This document shows positions 1 to 12,928 of a stretch of DNA of 64,000 bases, piece by piece. This stretch comes from Phyllobates terribilis (lineage: Eukaryota). Below the pieces are notes generated by a model that was given only the letters and a program-made list of their open reading frames with translations, ran no database searches and was not told the origin of the DNA. The first letter of the stretch is position 1. Each line of letters starts with the position of its first letter. The position numbers were made by a program, and so were the translations under genes. Location of the stretch: NCBI RefSeq assembly GCF_046119375.1, contig NW_027362762.1, positions 341,620,001-341,684,000 of the forward strand. Reading direction: 5' to 3'.

Positions 1-233
1 ACTAAGTCCTGCCGCTTGGTGCTTCATGGCGGGGCCAACCACTTCAATACACCTTCCCACCTGCTTGTTTTCCCTCTCTCTTCACCCTGTCCTCCTTTGA
101 TTGACACCCCTTGCTTCATAGAGCCAGGGAAGAATGGAGATAAATGGAGAACAAGCAGGTGGTAAGGTGTACATTGGCCACACTATGAAGCACCGAGCAC
201 CTGTACTTTGTACAGTTGTTCTGTGCTGTCCCT
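1..233. mobile_element. Palindromic T2/Kolobok-type MITE, cut by window start
   Basis: Internal inverted arms (about 1-75 vs 145-207); ends in TGTCCCT followed by TTAA (234-237); homologous to 565-840. Confidence 0.6.
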
Positions 234-564
234 TTAAATCCTGTGTAGCTGGGTTACAGGAGTAGGAAATATAAGGAAAAAATTAAGCTACATCCTCCCT
301 GCCCTCATTCACTTCCGGTCATTGGGGTAGTACAGAAGGCTGTTACCATAATCGATCACTACACATTGAACGCAGCTGTAGTCACTGACCAGTACTTTGA
401 TTGACAACTAGCTCTACAGTGTGCAGAAAGTGTGTGCAGAGCAGGCTGACAATCAATGTGAAGGGGAGTGATTACAGGGTTCTCACGGTGTAGTGAGCGG
501 TGCTTGCAACTGCTCCCTGCACCTCCCCAATAACTGGAAGCGAGTGGCCGGAGGGAGGATTTAA

Positions 565-840
565 AGGGACTCTGTCAGCACAGAATGACTGTTCAAACTT
601 AGTACAGGTGCTTGGTGCATCATGGCGGGGCCAATCATTTATATACATCTTTTCACCTGCTTGTTTTCCAACTATGTCCTCCCTTCTCTGGTCTATGAAG
701 CCAGAACATGTCAATCAAAGAAGGGGGTGGAGAAAGGGAGAACAAGTAGGCGGGAAGGTGTTGATAAATGATTGGTCCCAACATGAAGCACTGAGCGGCA
801 GGACTTAGTTTGAACAGTCATTCTGTGCTGCCAGAGTGCA
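565..840. mobile_element. Palindromic T2/Kolobok-type MITE
   Basis: TTAA then AGGGACTCTGTCAGCACAGAATGACTGTTCAAAC at left; near-reverse complement GTTTGAACAGTCATTCTGTGCTGCCAGAGT at right. Confidence 0.65.
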
Positions 841-948
841 TATAAGTTCATCTTCTCTGTAGTCACTGCAGCAGTATGATTTTAATGCTATTTACCTGCA
901 AATTGACCCTATATCTGGAGGCAAATAGCTTTTGTAGATGTGATAGGT

Positions 949-1625
949 AACATTTCTCCTTATGGAGAGTGACACACCAGCTCTGGCACGTCAAGGTAAG
1001 GAGGCTTATTTGCCATGCAATGCTCCTCTGGGAAATTTAATATGCAAATTGCCTCTTCAGAGAAAAAGAGGACTTGTATTCTATAGCGCCACCTATTGGA
1101 AGCAGCAATCTTACAAGTCACAATCAACCCTTTAACAAGTCGTGCAATATGACTTAGGATAAAAGCCAAATCAGAATCTCAATTTGCAGACACGGTGTTT
1201 TGGGCTGTTGGCCCTCGTCAGTGCAAAGTATGAGAACTGATTTGGCTAGGTGAGAGGCTCTGGACTGAGGTCTAGTCCAGAGCCTCTCACCTAGTCAAAT
1301 CAGTTCTCATACTTTGCACCCAAGGGGTAACGTTTCTCCTTGCGAAGAGTGACATGTTAAGCATGTCAAGGTGAGGAGACTTTTAAGCCGCAATGCTCCC
1401 CTCGGAAATATGCAAATTGTCTCTTCAGAGGTGATGAGGATGAGGGGCAATATCCTGAAACACAGTGTTTGCAAATTGAGATTTTGATTCTGGCTTTTAT
1501 CCTAAGTCATGTGACAAGGCTCGTTAGAAAGTCGATATAGACTTTTAGAATTGCTACTTCCTATAGGTGGCATTAGAGTTCTAGTCCTCTTCCTCTCTGA
1601 AGAGACAATAGCCATGTACATGACT
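949..1625. repeat. Composite palindromic repeat (probable non-autonomous DNA transposon) with central 46-bp-arm hairpin
   Basis: Hairpin 1221-1319 (7-nt loop, one G-T pair); about 1055-1200 inverted vs about 1460-1610; about 949-1060 direct-repeated at about 1329-1430. Confidence 0.6.
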
Positions 1626-1904
1626 CACTACATGTGTAATATCCATGGACAGCTTGAGTCAGCTATGGAAGCCAATCTTAAGCCCCCTATAAACAATAGT
1701 CAGCTGTTAACTGATCACTCAGCTGGCAGCTATCACTCCTGACTCCTCCATACACAGGGTCGCTCAGCGGAGCCGCTACTTGACTCTTATGGCTGCAGGT
1801 TATCTTCTGGAGAAGAGTAGGATCACCTCTCAGAAATTCGACGTGCCGGATCCTTCTCTCTCCCAACATCAGCTGTCAAGGGAGAGTTGGGAAGCTATAC
1901 ACAG

Positions 1905-1995
1905 TAGACACATACAGCACACACACACACACAAACATTAGACATGCGCAGCTCACACACACACACATTAGACACATACTGTGCCATACACACAT
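1905..1995. repeat. Degenerate (CA)n microsatellite
   Basis: Interrupted ACACAC runs. Confidence 0.8.
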
Positions 1996-2530
1996 ACAGC
2001 AATATTGGAAGGTTCAGGCCACATTAGTCTAATGTCTATGGGGGCCTTTACAGATCAGTTTATAGAGGAAAATGAAAATGGCAAATACAGATGGAGGAAT
2101 TTGATGTCTCCAATCCATCTTCATGGAATTCATATGCTGAAAGGCTCATGTTTTACGTAGAAGGGTCTGATACTGTTCAGAAATGCTCTTTCAGCTCTCT
2201 GGTATTAACTATTGACTATAATTTTGAGGATATCTTTCCAGTGTTAAAAATCATTTAGCTCCAAATGAAATCAGCTTCCAAGTGAAAGCATAGCAGTTTA
2301 TATTGCTGAACTGCGCAAGATTGTCATAAAACAGCAATTTAGTAACAGTTTAGAGTCCTATTAAGAGACAGACTTGTGTGCGGCATCAGAGATGTGGCTC
2401 TTCAGAGGAAGTTATGGCTAAGAAAAAAAATGTAAAATTTGCTACAGCTTAAAATGAAGCACTAGATATAGTACTGTACATACTCCAGTCGTAAATCTGC
2501 TGCATAACAAAGACTTTGATGCCACATTAA

Positions 2531-2907
2531 AGCACCACTCCAGCGTTTTATTCCCACACTGGAGTAATGCCACTAATGTAAGTTCACTAACCTCAGTAAT
2601 ATACTTTCCTGTCGCCATCTACAGCTGTTCCCGGCGCCGCTCAGGTCCCGCAGTGCCATCTTGTGAACGCTACTTCTGACTGACTTCAGAGGTAACGGTC
2701 ACAAGTTCTCTGGCTTCTGGCTCCCATAGACTTACATTGAGTAGTGACTTCCGAACACTGGAGCGATCTGCAGGTCACAATCTGCTGCATACTGACCAGA
2801 GCAGCGCAGATAACAGATTAAAACGGCAGCTGAGTATGAGTCTAGGTGCAGGGAATTTAGTGGCACCACTCCAGTGCTGCAATAAAAAAGCACACTAGAG
2901 TGGTGCT
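2531..2907. mobile_element. T2/Kolobok-type MITE
   Basis: TTAA-AGCACCACTC at left, GAGTGGTGCT-CTAA at right; shares its right site with the next MITE. Confidence 0.65.
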
Positions 2908-2911
2908 CTAA

Positions 2912-3378
2912 AGGAGTTGTCCACTACTAGAACAACCCCTTCTTGAACTAAATCTTTGGTCCTGATAAAATAAAAAAAACAATACTCACTTCCCGTGCTG
3001 GCGCCCTTCCATCGGTGTCAGCACTGGTGGTCTCAGGGCTGCCGTGTGCTTGTTGTAACACGTGACCCCGGCGCCCAATCAGTGCTGAAGTCACTGTCTC
3101 CACCTTCGAACAAATTGAACATGCAGAGGAAGTCAGGGATGTGGCTGTTCTCTGACTTCCTCTTCATGTTCAATTCGACAGGAGAAGGGGACAGTTACGC
3201 CAGCGCTGATTGGGGCACCAGGGTCACGTGTCACAACAACCGCACGGGGGCCCCGGGGAGAGCAAGTGCCGACATTGCGGGAACGGCAGCGGCACGGGAG
3301 GTGAGTATAAGCTTGTTTATTTTATCGGGAACAAGCTTAGGGGATGACAAGGAGTTGTCCAAGAAGTGGACAACTTCT
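2912..3378. mobile_element. T2/Kolobok-type palindromic MITE
   Basis: TIR AGGAGTTGTCCACT / AGTGGACAACTTCT, CTAA and TTAA flanks, internally self-complementary. Confidence 0.75.
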
Positions 3379-3518
3379 TTAACGTGTGAACAAAGCAACA
3401 TCTTAACCCTACAAAAAGGATATTGCTATAGTTGCCATCTGCCACCAGTGTAAAAGTTAAGGACACGTACAAAGAGTGTGTTGCCAGAGACAAAATTTAC
3501 AAAGTAAAGGTTAACTAC

Positions 3519-3827
3519 TAGTGATGAGCGAGCATGCTTGTACTCGAGATTTACGAGCATGCTTGGGTGTTTTCCGAGTATCTTCGGCGTTCTCGGGTGT
3601 TAAGTTTGAGTCACTCCGTGCTCATGATTTGCGACTGTTTGACAGCATTAGTACATGTGAGGAATGCCTGTTTCTTAGGCATTCCTCACATCTATTAAAG
3701 CTGTCAAACAGTCGCAAATCATGCACACGGAGTGACTAAAACATAAAACTCGAGCACGCTGAAGATACTCAGCGAGCACCCGATCATGCTTGCCGAAAGG
3801 GTTAACAGAACATGTCGCTCATCACTA
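3519..3827. mobile_element. hAT-type MITE
   Basis: TIR TAGTGATGAGCGA / TCGCTCATCACTA; perfect 8-bp TSD TTAACTAC (3511-3518, 3828-3835). Confidence 0.85.
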
Positions 3828-6800
3828 TTAACTACCCATTTCAGCCCATTAGGTTAACGCATCAGGTAATGTTTTTGAATCAGATGACAGTGTATATGCC
3901 TCAGAAAATTTGTTTTTCAATATAGAAACTCACATAGATGAGCAAAAGAATCCTACTGAAGGAAAAAGAACAAATTTAAATGCAAAATGGGCAACTGTCT
4001 TTTCAATATGTACTATGGAACAAAACAGAGGCAAACTGTCATCACTAAAGGTCATTGTGCAAGTTTTCTAAGGAGTAGAATGGATATAACCTCTAGATAT
4101 ACGGTTAACAGGAACACAACTTGTTAAGTTGTACTATCTGCCATATGTCATCATAGACTGTTGTAGGAAGAAGGTCTTGGAAATTTTAACTCTCCATCGG
4201 TATCTTTTTAATGACGTCTTAAAGCGGCACTAATATGCATTTATCAATTACCTATTCCTATGACATTTTTAGCCGTAGTGATGTACCACACGTGGGCTTC
4301 ACCCATTGTTCCTGTTCTAAAGCCAAATGGTTCTGTTAGAATATGCGCTGAATACAAAAGTCCAGTTAAAAGTCTATTACAGTTACAAGTTATCACCTAT
4401 TCACAGGATAGGTGATAATGTCTAGATTTGGCTACTAGTTTCTAGGAAACTGGCCATTTTTGACAGACTGCAGCAGTGGCCAGTAACCTAGGCAACAAGC
4501 TGTAAATTATAGAATTACAAATCCTTCTTATCTTGAGAACTGAGAAAAATTTTAATAGGAGGTAAATTGTTAAGTTTATTTGTTTTTACAGACAGTTTGC
4601 AATTTTACCCATTTAAGAAGTTGAGGCAACCCCTCCCTGTATGCCTACTCTTCTGTCAAAAACAGCGCTGGACAAATATACTATATAAAAATGTTCTGCA
4701 AAGTCATAGTGAAAACCATGAAAACCTTAATGACGCAAAGGCTTTATAACACCTATTAATTATGCAACGTTATTTCATCCTGGCAATCAATGAAGGCTTC
4801 TTAGAAAACGAAAATTCAGTCTTTGCCATGAATGGAATACATATTCCTTGCCAATGGTGTAGATTAAGTTATTCAAGAACATAGTATATGAAGTTAGGAG
4901 CTGCAATATTATATAACAATCTACCTGTGAGAATGAAAGCTCACGTAATAAAAAAGGTGAAAAGGTGTGTTTCAGACTATGAGGTAGCATTTGATCCAGG
5001 GTTATTCCCTGGGGTCCCATGTTATCTGTCAGTAAGAAAATCTTACAAGGATTTGGAAGAATGTAGCCCTATTCTGAAACAACTATATAGTGAGGCATTT
5101 TCCATCATGGTGGGGGTCTGTTTGCAATTCACACAGGGCTACAGCTTTTAGTCTGAACAGCTTGGTCAAAACGCATTGCAGCAATACAGTGCCCTACACA
5201 GCAAGTAGACTGAATAAAGACAGTGCTTCATTGTGCTCAGCCCTCTCCCCCCAGTAAGTTACCCCACACCTACACTGCTCTATCTAGTGAGATATCCTGG
5301 CTGCTAATGACAGATCCATAAATGTTGTAATACTAGACCTGCTATTTTAACCCCTTTTTCCAACCCAGCATTGCATCTCCTTCAAAAAAATTTGGATGCA
5401 ATCATTTTCTGCAAGAATAAACACATTCTACTTATGTTTAGCATTTATTTTATCATACGTTTTCTTTGCTTGCTCGATAGATAATAAAAGAATTGAACAA
5501 TATATTATATTTTACACATTAACAGTAGCTGAGTTTACTTACTTGATACCGATCATTGAGATATGAAAATGAACTGTTATCTTTAGGTTTTCCACAGGTA
5601 TGAACATGGGGCTTGTTTCCACCTATCCAGCTGTCCATTAATTTTTCCCTCCACCATGGTACAGAAATACAGGAAAAGGATGTGAAAATGTATCCCCTGG
5701 ATTTCTATGGAATAGTTCCCATTCATCTGTCAAATTAGTTATTGCACCTGATTGGTCCTAGAGCCGAATCAAGAAATGCCACATGCAACGTTTTCTGATC
5801 CAGACTGGTACAATTATGGCATCAGCTGTGTCCGCTTTAGGTTTAGAGAAAACTGTCCAGACCCAACTAATAAATGGTTGTAAGGGCAGGTGCAGATGAT
5901 CGTATGTTATCCATCTGAGAAAATTGGTCTGAATATGCTAATCACACTCTGATCAAACTCTGCCACAGATATCTGAGAATGTTCTACCATGACTTTATTT
6001 ATTAATGTAGAACCTTTTGGGCTTCACAGGAGTACTAAGATGGCAGCCAGGGACAGACCTTTGGCTCCCTGAGATCGGGCACAATCTGACAATCACATAA
6101 TTTAAATGCTACTGTCAGTTATTGACAATGGCAATTAAATAGTTAAAAGGTTGCGGTTGCTGCTGTTATGGGCAGATGCAGGTTATATAACACATCTGCT
6201 GGATATGATGCAGGCTCAGCTCTTTAGTCCATTCCATATTATTATTAAATTGTACATTAGGAAGGGGTTAAAGGATTTGCATGAAACTCGAAAACAAAAA
6301 AAGCCATGTTCTTCATTTAACATCATTACTCTTGTCCGAAGGTTGTGTCTAGTATCGCAGTGACACTGTTTTTTTTCTATTTTACTTTTCTAATCTCATA
6401 CAAGCTCTAATTTTTCTTACGCAGTGTAGAAAAAGAGAAGAATTAAAAAGGTTGTCCCAGGGATAAATAATTTTTTTTTGATAGATCACACAAGCATAAA
6501 ATGTTTTAATTGGAATGAGAATAAGAAATGCTCCTGTGAATAGATATAAGGTCACAACTACGCAGTGACTTTAACCACAACAGCAACTAAAGTTCGCTCA
6601 GTGTCACTACTACATCACAGCGCTATACAAGTTGATAGGAGCCGCATTCTGACACCTACATTACTGTGACCACTAAAAGCAAGTCAAAACAAACAGACTT
6701 GCGTGGATTTTTTGCGAATTGCCTGTCGTGGTAGTGTAAGTGTTGCAATGTGACCCCATTCATTTCACGCCATTATGCAGCAACGGTATTGTGCGAACTT

Positions 6801-8451
6801 CAGTCGCGCAACAGCTGTTGCAGCCAAAGTCACCATGTAGTCCCAGCCCTACTTTTACATACTTATTACGGTGCCCTATAGACCAATACTGTCTCATCAC
6901 AGGAGGATCACAAAATAATTGAAAGAGATCCAAAAGCGAAAAAAAGGTAACCCTATACACAAGAGTTTTCAATCTGTGATAAATACCTTATTGATACCTA
7001 TAATTACTAAAAAACATACATAAAAAGGAGTGTTTTTTTTTTCTTTCTCTGCATCACTTTTTACCACTTTTTATTATAGGTATCAATAAAATATTTATTA
7101 CAGATTGAAAATTCTTGTATTGAGGGTTACCTTTTTTCATTTTTGAATCTTATTATGGTGCCCTCTGATTATCTTTTGATTCATAATTAAAAGGAACCTG
7201 ACAGGTGATACATGTGGGCAGCATGTATCAGCCATTGGCTGTACGAACACAGCCACGTACAGTTAGTCTCTGTAACGCAGTCAGGGACCAAGCCGTACCA
7301 GTGACTAGTCATACAAGTGGGGCCCAGGGGCTTCTCTCTGACTGCTGACAGTGCGCGTATAGGCAGAAGACCACGGTGCCTGATTTAACGTACTCCTGCA
7401 CTGATTAAAAGCACTTCACCATCATATTATTAAACAGTACAGGTTTCTGCTAGTAGTGCAGGGGTTAATCTATTCAGTTGAGAGCTCCTGTAGCTTTCTT
7501 GCTTTGATGGTTTCAGCTGTTCAGTGTTGGCCACTCCACTCAGCTATATATACTCACCTCTTGCAATCAGTGATTGCCAGTGTTAGTTTCATACTGCCTG
7601 GTTCTGGAGTTGGAGGTGTTGGTTGTTTAAAGAAGCATTTGAAGTGTTGTTCTGAAGACTTTTGCTTGGCGATTTATCTGTGTGCATATCCTCATCCTCT
7701 CATATTTGGTTTTTCCTTCCTTCACTTCCTGGTGTTCCACTCTGTTGTTTGTGAGTGCATATTTGTATGATTGGAACTTTGATTTCTCCCTGTACATCTT
7801 CCCTTGTTAGTCTGGTTTGTGTATTCTTATACACTACTACTCCCTACTTTTCTGACTTGAACAGTGAACCGAACAGAATGGTATAACATTAATAGCATAT
7901 TAAATGCTAGGGATACTCCCAACTAGACACATCTCCTACAAATGAATGGAGTATAAATCCCACAAGACAAAAGAGTTACTAAAATATAAATTTTATTAAA
8001 TTGCAATATAAAAAGAAAAACACACACAATTTGCTTAAAACAGTAAATAGATCCCTTGGGGTAAGAATCACACGAAATCAGTTTGGCAAATAGATCTGGG
8101 TTCAGATGGTGTCATTCAAGAAATGTAAAAAATATATATAGAGACAGGCAATAAAGAAATATATATCGCGAGTCCTCAATCCACAGCAACAAAAATCTAT
8201 ATGTGTAGGATACCAAGGTCCAAACATATGAGAGAGGTAAGCCACAATATGCAAATTCTGTAATCAAAAAAGTACAATATAATTATATGTGGCTAAGAAC
8301 ATCATCCTCCTTCAAATGGAATGAAGGATAGTGTGAGCTGTACATAATAGACTACCCCATAAGGTTATGTGCCATAGAGTTAATACAGGTTATATGATGC
8401 AAACTCCTAAATGACTCACCCATCTGTGTAGTAGCCCCTATGCCGCACTGA

Positions 8452-8492
8452 AGCCCCGACGCGCGTTTCGCGTGTTGCTTCTTCTGGAGGCT
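8452..8492 (-). ncRNA. Minimal type I hammerhead ribozyme motif in the 3' pLTR
   Basis: AGCCUC-CAGAAGA-A-GC-AACAC-GC-GAAA-C-GCGC-GUC-GGGGCU: 6-bp stem I, 2-bp stem II, palindromic loop III, GUC triplet; core position 4 is A instead of U. Confidence 0.7.
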
Positions 8493-9179
8493 GTGATAGA
8501 GCGTGTGGATCGCCATTTTTAAATGCCCAGAATAATTAGGATGCCGGTGTCAATGCCGGTGTATGCAGCGCGTGCGAGAGTTACCGCCCCCCCGAGACGC
8601 GTCATATCCGGCCATTTCCTTTCGGGGCTGTGGGCCGGAACAATGCGTTCCAGTGACGTCAAAGGCCCACCTCCCCATCATACGGAAGCCTTGATGACGC
8701 GACGGGCCGGGGCGGGCCTGCGCACGCGCAGCTCAGCAGTAGACAACGTAAGAAGGGAATAACAACTGGGCAAGTATAATGATACATACAGGCCATACAC
8801 CCGATAACAATATATATAAGCACAACGTGGACACCCATTGTATGTGCCATCAAGACATACCAAAATGAAAATAGCCATCATAAGTTATCCGTCCAAAATA
8901 TTCTAATACCCACATCTCGTAATCAGAAGAATTTAAATAAAAATATATATCTTCAATGGGGCTTTTTAGTGTAGATCATATTATGTTGATGGTATCCAAG
9001 ATTCAACATGTAGGGAATTCATTTCATCCATACTAAGAAGGGTATGTCCAGATAAAGTTGAGATCAGTCCAATTATGGTCCAAGTATGTACCCAAAAAGC
9101 AAATATACTGAAAAAAACAATGAAACAAATAATAATTTAAAATCCACACATAAAAAGGGGAGAGAGAAAAAAGATCAAT

Positions 9180-12100
9180 CTACAAATAAGGAGCAAAACT
9201 ATTGAGCTCATTGAGACCCCTAGGGGTCACAGTGTCCAGGACAGCTATCCAGCGGCACTCCAGCTGCGCCAAAATACGCTTGTGGTCCCCACCCCGACTA
9301 CCGAGGTGTATCTGATCGATGCCTCTGAATTTGAGGCAAGAGGGGTCACAGTTGTGGCGCAGCTTGAAGTGCCGCGGGATAGTCTTCAGTAGCGCTAAAT
9401 CAGAGACCTCACGTGCCGCCAATATAGCTCGCACGTGTTCTCTCACTCGAACCCGAAATTCCCTAGATGTGAGCCCCACATAACTCAAATTGCAAGGACA
9501 TCGGGCCATATAAATAATATGCGTGGAGCTACAGGAAATATGACGGGTAATCTTAAAGTTCCGTACGCCATCCGTGGATGAAAATGTCATGGCCCTCTCT
9601 ATATTCCTGCAGGCCAAGCAGGAACCACACGGATAGCAACCCCACTTTGGTTTTCCAACTCCAAACAGAGTAGTTGAAGGGGCGACATAGTGGCTTCTTA
9701 CCAAAGAGTCTTTTAAACTTTTACCCCGCCTTGCTGTCATTAATGGTCTCTCAGGTAAGATTTGATTAAGTATCGGTTCCGTTTTTAATATGGGCCAGTG
9801 TCTAGATAGGATCTCACGTATTTCCCGCCACCGATTATTGTAGGTGGAAATAAATCTGATGGGAGAGTCTCTCTCCTCCTGTTTTTTTGTTGTATTTACT
9901 AGGAGGGAGACTCGTGGAGTCCTCCTTGCACGTCTGTAGCCCCTTTTGATACTTTGTGCACTGTATCCACGGTCCCGAAATCTATGGTTAAGGTCCCGAG
10001 CCTGAGCCTCAAAAGCCACCTCTGAAGAGCAAATACGTTTCATTCTTAGATATTGTCCTACAGGAATGGCCCGGATGGTAGATGAAGTATGTGCTGAAGT
10101 AGCATGCAACAGAGAGTTGACCGACGTCTCCTTACGGAAGACGTCGGTCTCCATCTTGCCATCCTGCTGGACAATGATCCTAATGTCCAAGAATTCAATT
10201 TCACTCCGATTGTACTTATATGTGAGTTTGATGTTCCGATCGTTATGATTTAAAGAGGAGATAAACTCATGTAGCTCAGGCTCGGGACCCTGCCAGATAG
10301 AAAAAATATCGTCAATGTATCTATACCAGCACTGCGCATGGGAGGCGGCGCCCACCCCATCCTCGAAAATCTCCCTCTCCCAATAGCCGAGGAAGAGATT
10401 AGCGTACGATGGGGCACACGCCGCGCCCATCGCAGTGCCGCGTTTCTGTAAAAAAAACCTATCTTTGAAAATGAAAAAATTATGAGTCAATATAAATTGT
10501 AATAATTCCATCAACAGTGCACAAAGTGGGGCATTTAAATCACTAGACTCCAGAAAGAACTCAACGGCTCGTAAGCCATCCTCATGACCTATGCTCGTAT
10601 AAAGTGACTCCACATCAATAGCCACCAGGGTCATATCCGTGTCCAAATGCAAACCCTCTATTTTTCTCAGGACGTCACCAGTGTCCCTGACATAGGAGGG
10701 CAGCGTCTCCACCAGTGGATGAAGATAGTATTCAATGAACTTACAAACTGGATCACACAGCCCTCCAATGCCAGAGACAATGGGACGCCCCGGGGGGTCC
10801 ATAAGGCTCTTATGGACCTTAGGTAGCAGATAAAATGTTGGGGTCACTGGAAATTTAGTGCATAGGCCATCAAAGATCTTTTTAGGAATAATACCCTGCT
10901 CATAAGCTCGTTCCAGAATGTCAAAGAGTTCAGCCATAAAGGTTGTTAATGGATTATTAGATAGAGAGATATAAGAGGCTCTATCCCGCAGTTGTCTAAA
11001 AGCCTCCTTCTCATATTTTGCGACTGGCCAGATCACAACGTTCCCTCCCTTGTCTGCCGGTTTAAATACCACGTCCCTCATAGATTGGAGTTCTCTGAGT
11101 GCTTTTCTCTGTTCTAATGTGGGGTTGTCATTCCTCAAGTGTCCACAGAGTTTTCTAAGGTCATTACTCACCATTTTATTAAAAATTTCAATCTGGGGAC
11201 AAAGAGAGAAGGGAGGGAAAGTGGTAGATCTGGCCAGGGCAGTAATGGGAAAAGTACCTGAGGAGGCCGGAGTACTCTCTCTCTCCAATTCTTCCAATAT
11301 GGATAAAGCCTCTCTCTCTTGGGTCGTATCCAGCAACTGACATGTTGGTTTGGTGTGTAATTTGCGTAATAGCACCTTCCTGAGGAAAAGTTGTAAATCC
11401 TTTAGTGCTGAAAAAAAATTATAATTATTAGTCGGAACAAAGGTTAAACCCAATGACAGTACTTCATTTTGGCTTTCTGAGAGGGTATGAGCAGAGAGAT
11501 TAATTACCTCTAAATTGTTAGTTCTCAATTTTTTCTCCAGAGGTTGTGGGGGGGTTGTTTTCCTTTTAGAGTTATGTTTCCCCTTCCACTGACCATGGTA
11601 CGCACTGCTACTCCCAGCCTGCATTCCCTTTGGTGCTTCTTCCTCCATAGATGATAAGGAGGAGATTGAATTCCACCGATTCCCCGGCCTTGTCTTATTG
11701 TGAGTTTTTCTACCTCTCCATCTGTAGACCTGTTTTTGTTTAAAGTCTGCAAGATCTCTTTGGTACTTCTTGGTTTTGGAAGCCACTATGTCTTTTTCCC
11801 ATTTCACAAATTCCCTGTCAAGATCCTGATTAAATTGATTTAGGGCTTCAGGGGTTAACTTGGTGGATAGTGAGTCCTGGAGTTGAGTAATCTCCAACTC
11901 AATGCTATGTAGGGACTGTTCATTAGATCTAATTAGAAGTTCCATGTGCCCTTTAGAACAGGTAGATGAAATGTCCTCCCATTGTTGTTCCAATGAGACA
12001 TCTTGAAACTCAAATGCCGGAAAAACCTGAACACGAAGACCCCTAGGGATCAGTCCTTTAGCAATGTAGAGCTCCAAAAAGGCCTTATTCCACCAAAGGC

Positions 12101-12851
12101 GGATCTTTTTATTGTGTAGGTCTTTTAGTTTAAAAATCAAATCATCACTCTCCCTTGTATTTAAAATCACAGTGGATTCCTCCCCAAAGACCTTATTTAG
12201 TTGGGTGAGCCAGGTCTGCTCACGCTTTTTGTGATCCATGTGTTCGGACCCAGATGCTGTGAAAAGACACAGAATTAACCAGACTTGAACAGTGAACCGA
12301 ACAGAATGGTATAACATTAATAGCATATTAAATGCTAGGGATACTCCCAACTAGACACATCTCCTACAAATGAATGGAGTATAAATCCCACAAGACAAAA
12401 GAGTTACTAAAATATAAATTTTATTAAATTGCAATATAAAAAGAAAAACACACACAATTTGCTTAAAACAGTAAATAGATCCCTTGGGGTAAGAATCACA
12501 CGAAATCAGTTTGGCAAATAGATCTGGGTTCAGATGGTGTCATTCAAGAAATGTAAAAAATATATATAGAGACAGGCACTAAAGAAATATATATCGCGAG
12601 TCCTCAATCCACAGCAACAAAAATCTATATGTGTAGGATACCAAGGTCCAAACATATGAGAGAGGTAAGCCACAATATGCAAATTCTGTAATCAAAAAAG
12701 TACAATATAATTATATGTGGCTAAGAACATCATCCTCCTTCAAATGGAATGAAGGATAGTGTGAGCTGTACATAATAGACTACCCCATAAGGTTATGTGC
12801 CATAGAGTTAATACAGGTTATATGATGCAAACTCCTAAATGACTCACCCAT
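9180..12851 (-). CDS. Penelope-like RT + GIY-YIG endonuclease ORF; predicted exon 1 at 12851-12848, intron 12847-12257, exon 2 at 12256-9180
   Basis: 1056-aa open frame 9180-12350 with DKGGNVVIW, LPKVHK...GRPIVS, DVESLYTSI, GTAMGAACAPSYANLF, YIDD, a Cys-rich linker (CYPCGSCLAC), IIY...YVG...R..EH and a terminal GLN. ATG-G/GTGAGT donor and TTTTCACAG acceptor join in frame to give MASGSEHMDHKK. Confidence 0.9.
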
Positions 12852-12879
12852 CTGTGTAGTAGCCCCTATGCCGCACTGA

Positions 12880-12920
12880 AGCCCCGACGCGCGTTTCGCG
12901 TGTTGCTTCTTCTGGAGGCT
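12880..12920 (-). ncRNA. Minimal hammerhead ribozyme motif in the 5' pLTR
   Basis: Identical to 8452-8492; predicted cleavage at 12886, 35 nt upstream of the predicted ATG at 12851. Confidence 0.7.
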
Positions 12921-12928
12921 GTGATAGA

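Larger units (their letters stand above)
2091..5150 (+). mobile_element. Old, fragmented Ty3/Gypsy element (gag, RT and integrase remnants) interrupted by MITEs
   Basis: Hand translation: MEEFDVSNPSSWNSYAERLMFY (2091) and SIAVYIAELRK...LRDRLVCGIRDVALQRKL (about 2285-2415) are gag-like; [23 protein letters not shown] (4293) is Gypsy RT; weak integrase-like remnants at about 4790-5150. Confidence 0.7.

Noticed and set aside
12257-12350. Hydrophobic N-terminal leader (MGVSLAFNMLLMLY...) suggesting a signal peptide on the PLE protein
   Set aside because: TTG start after a stop; the segment is the pyrimidine-rich end of the predicted intron.
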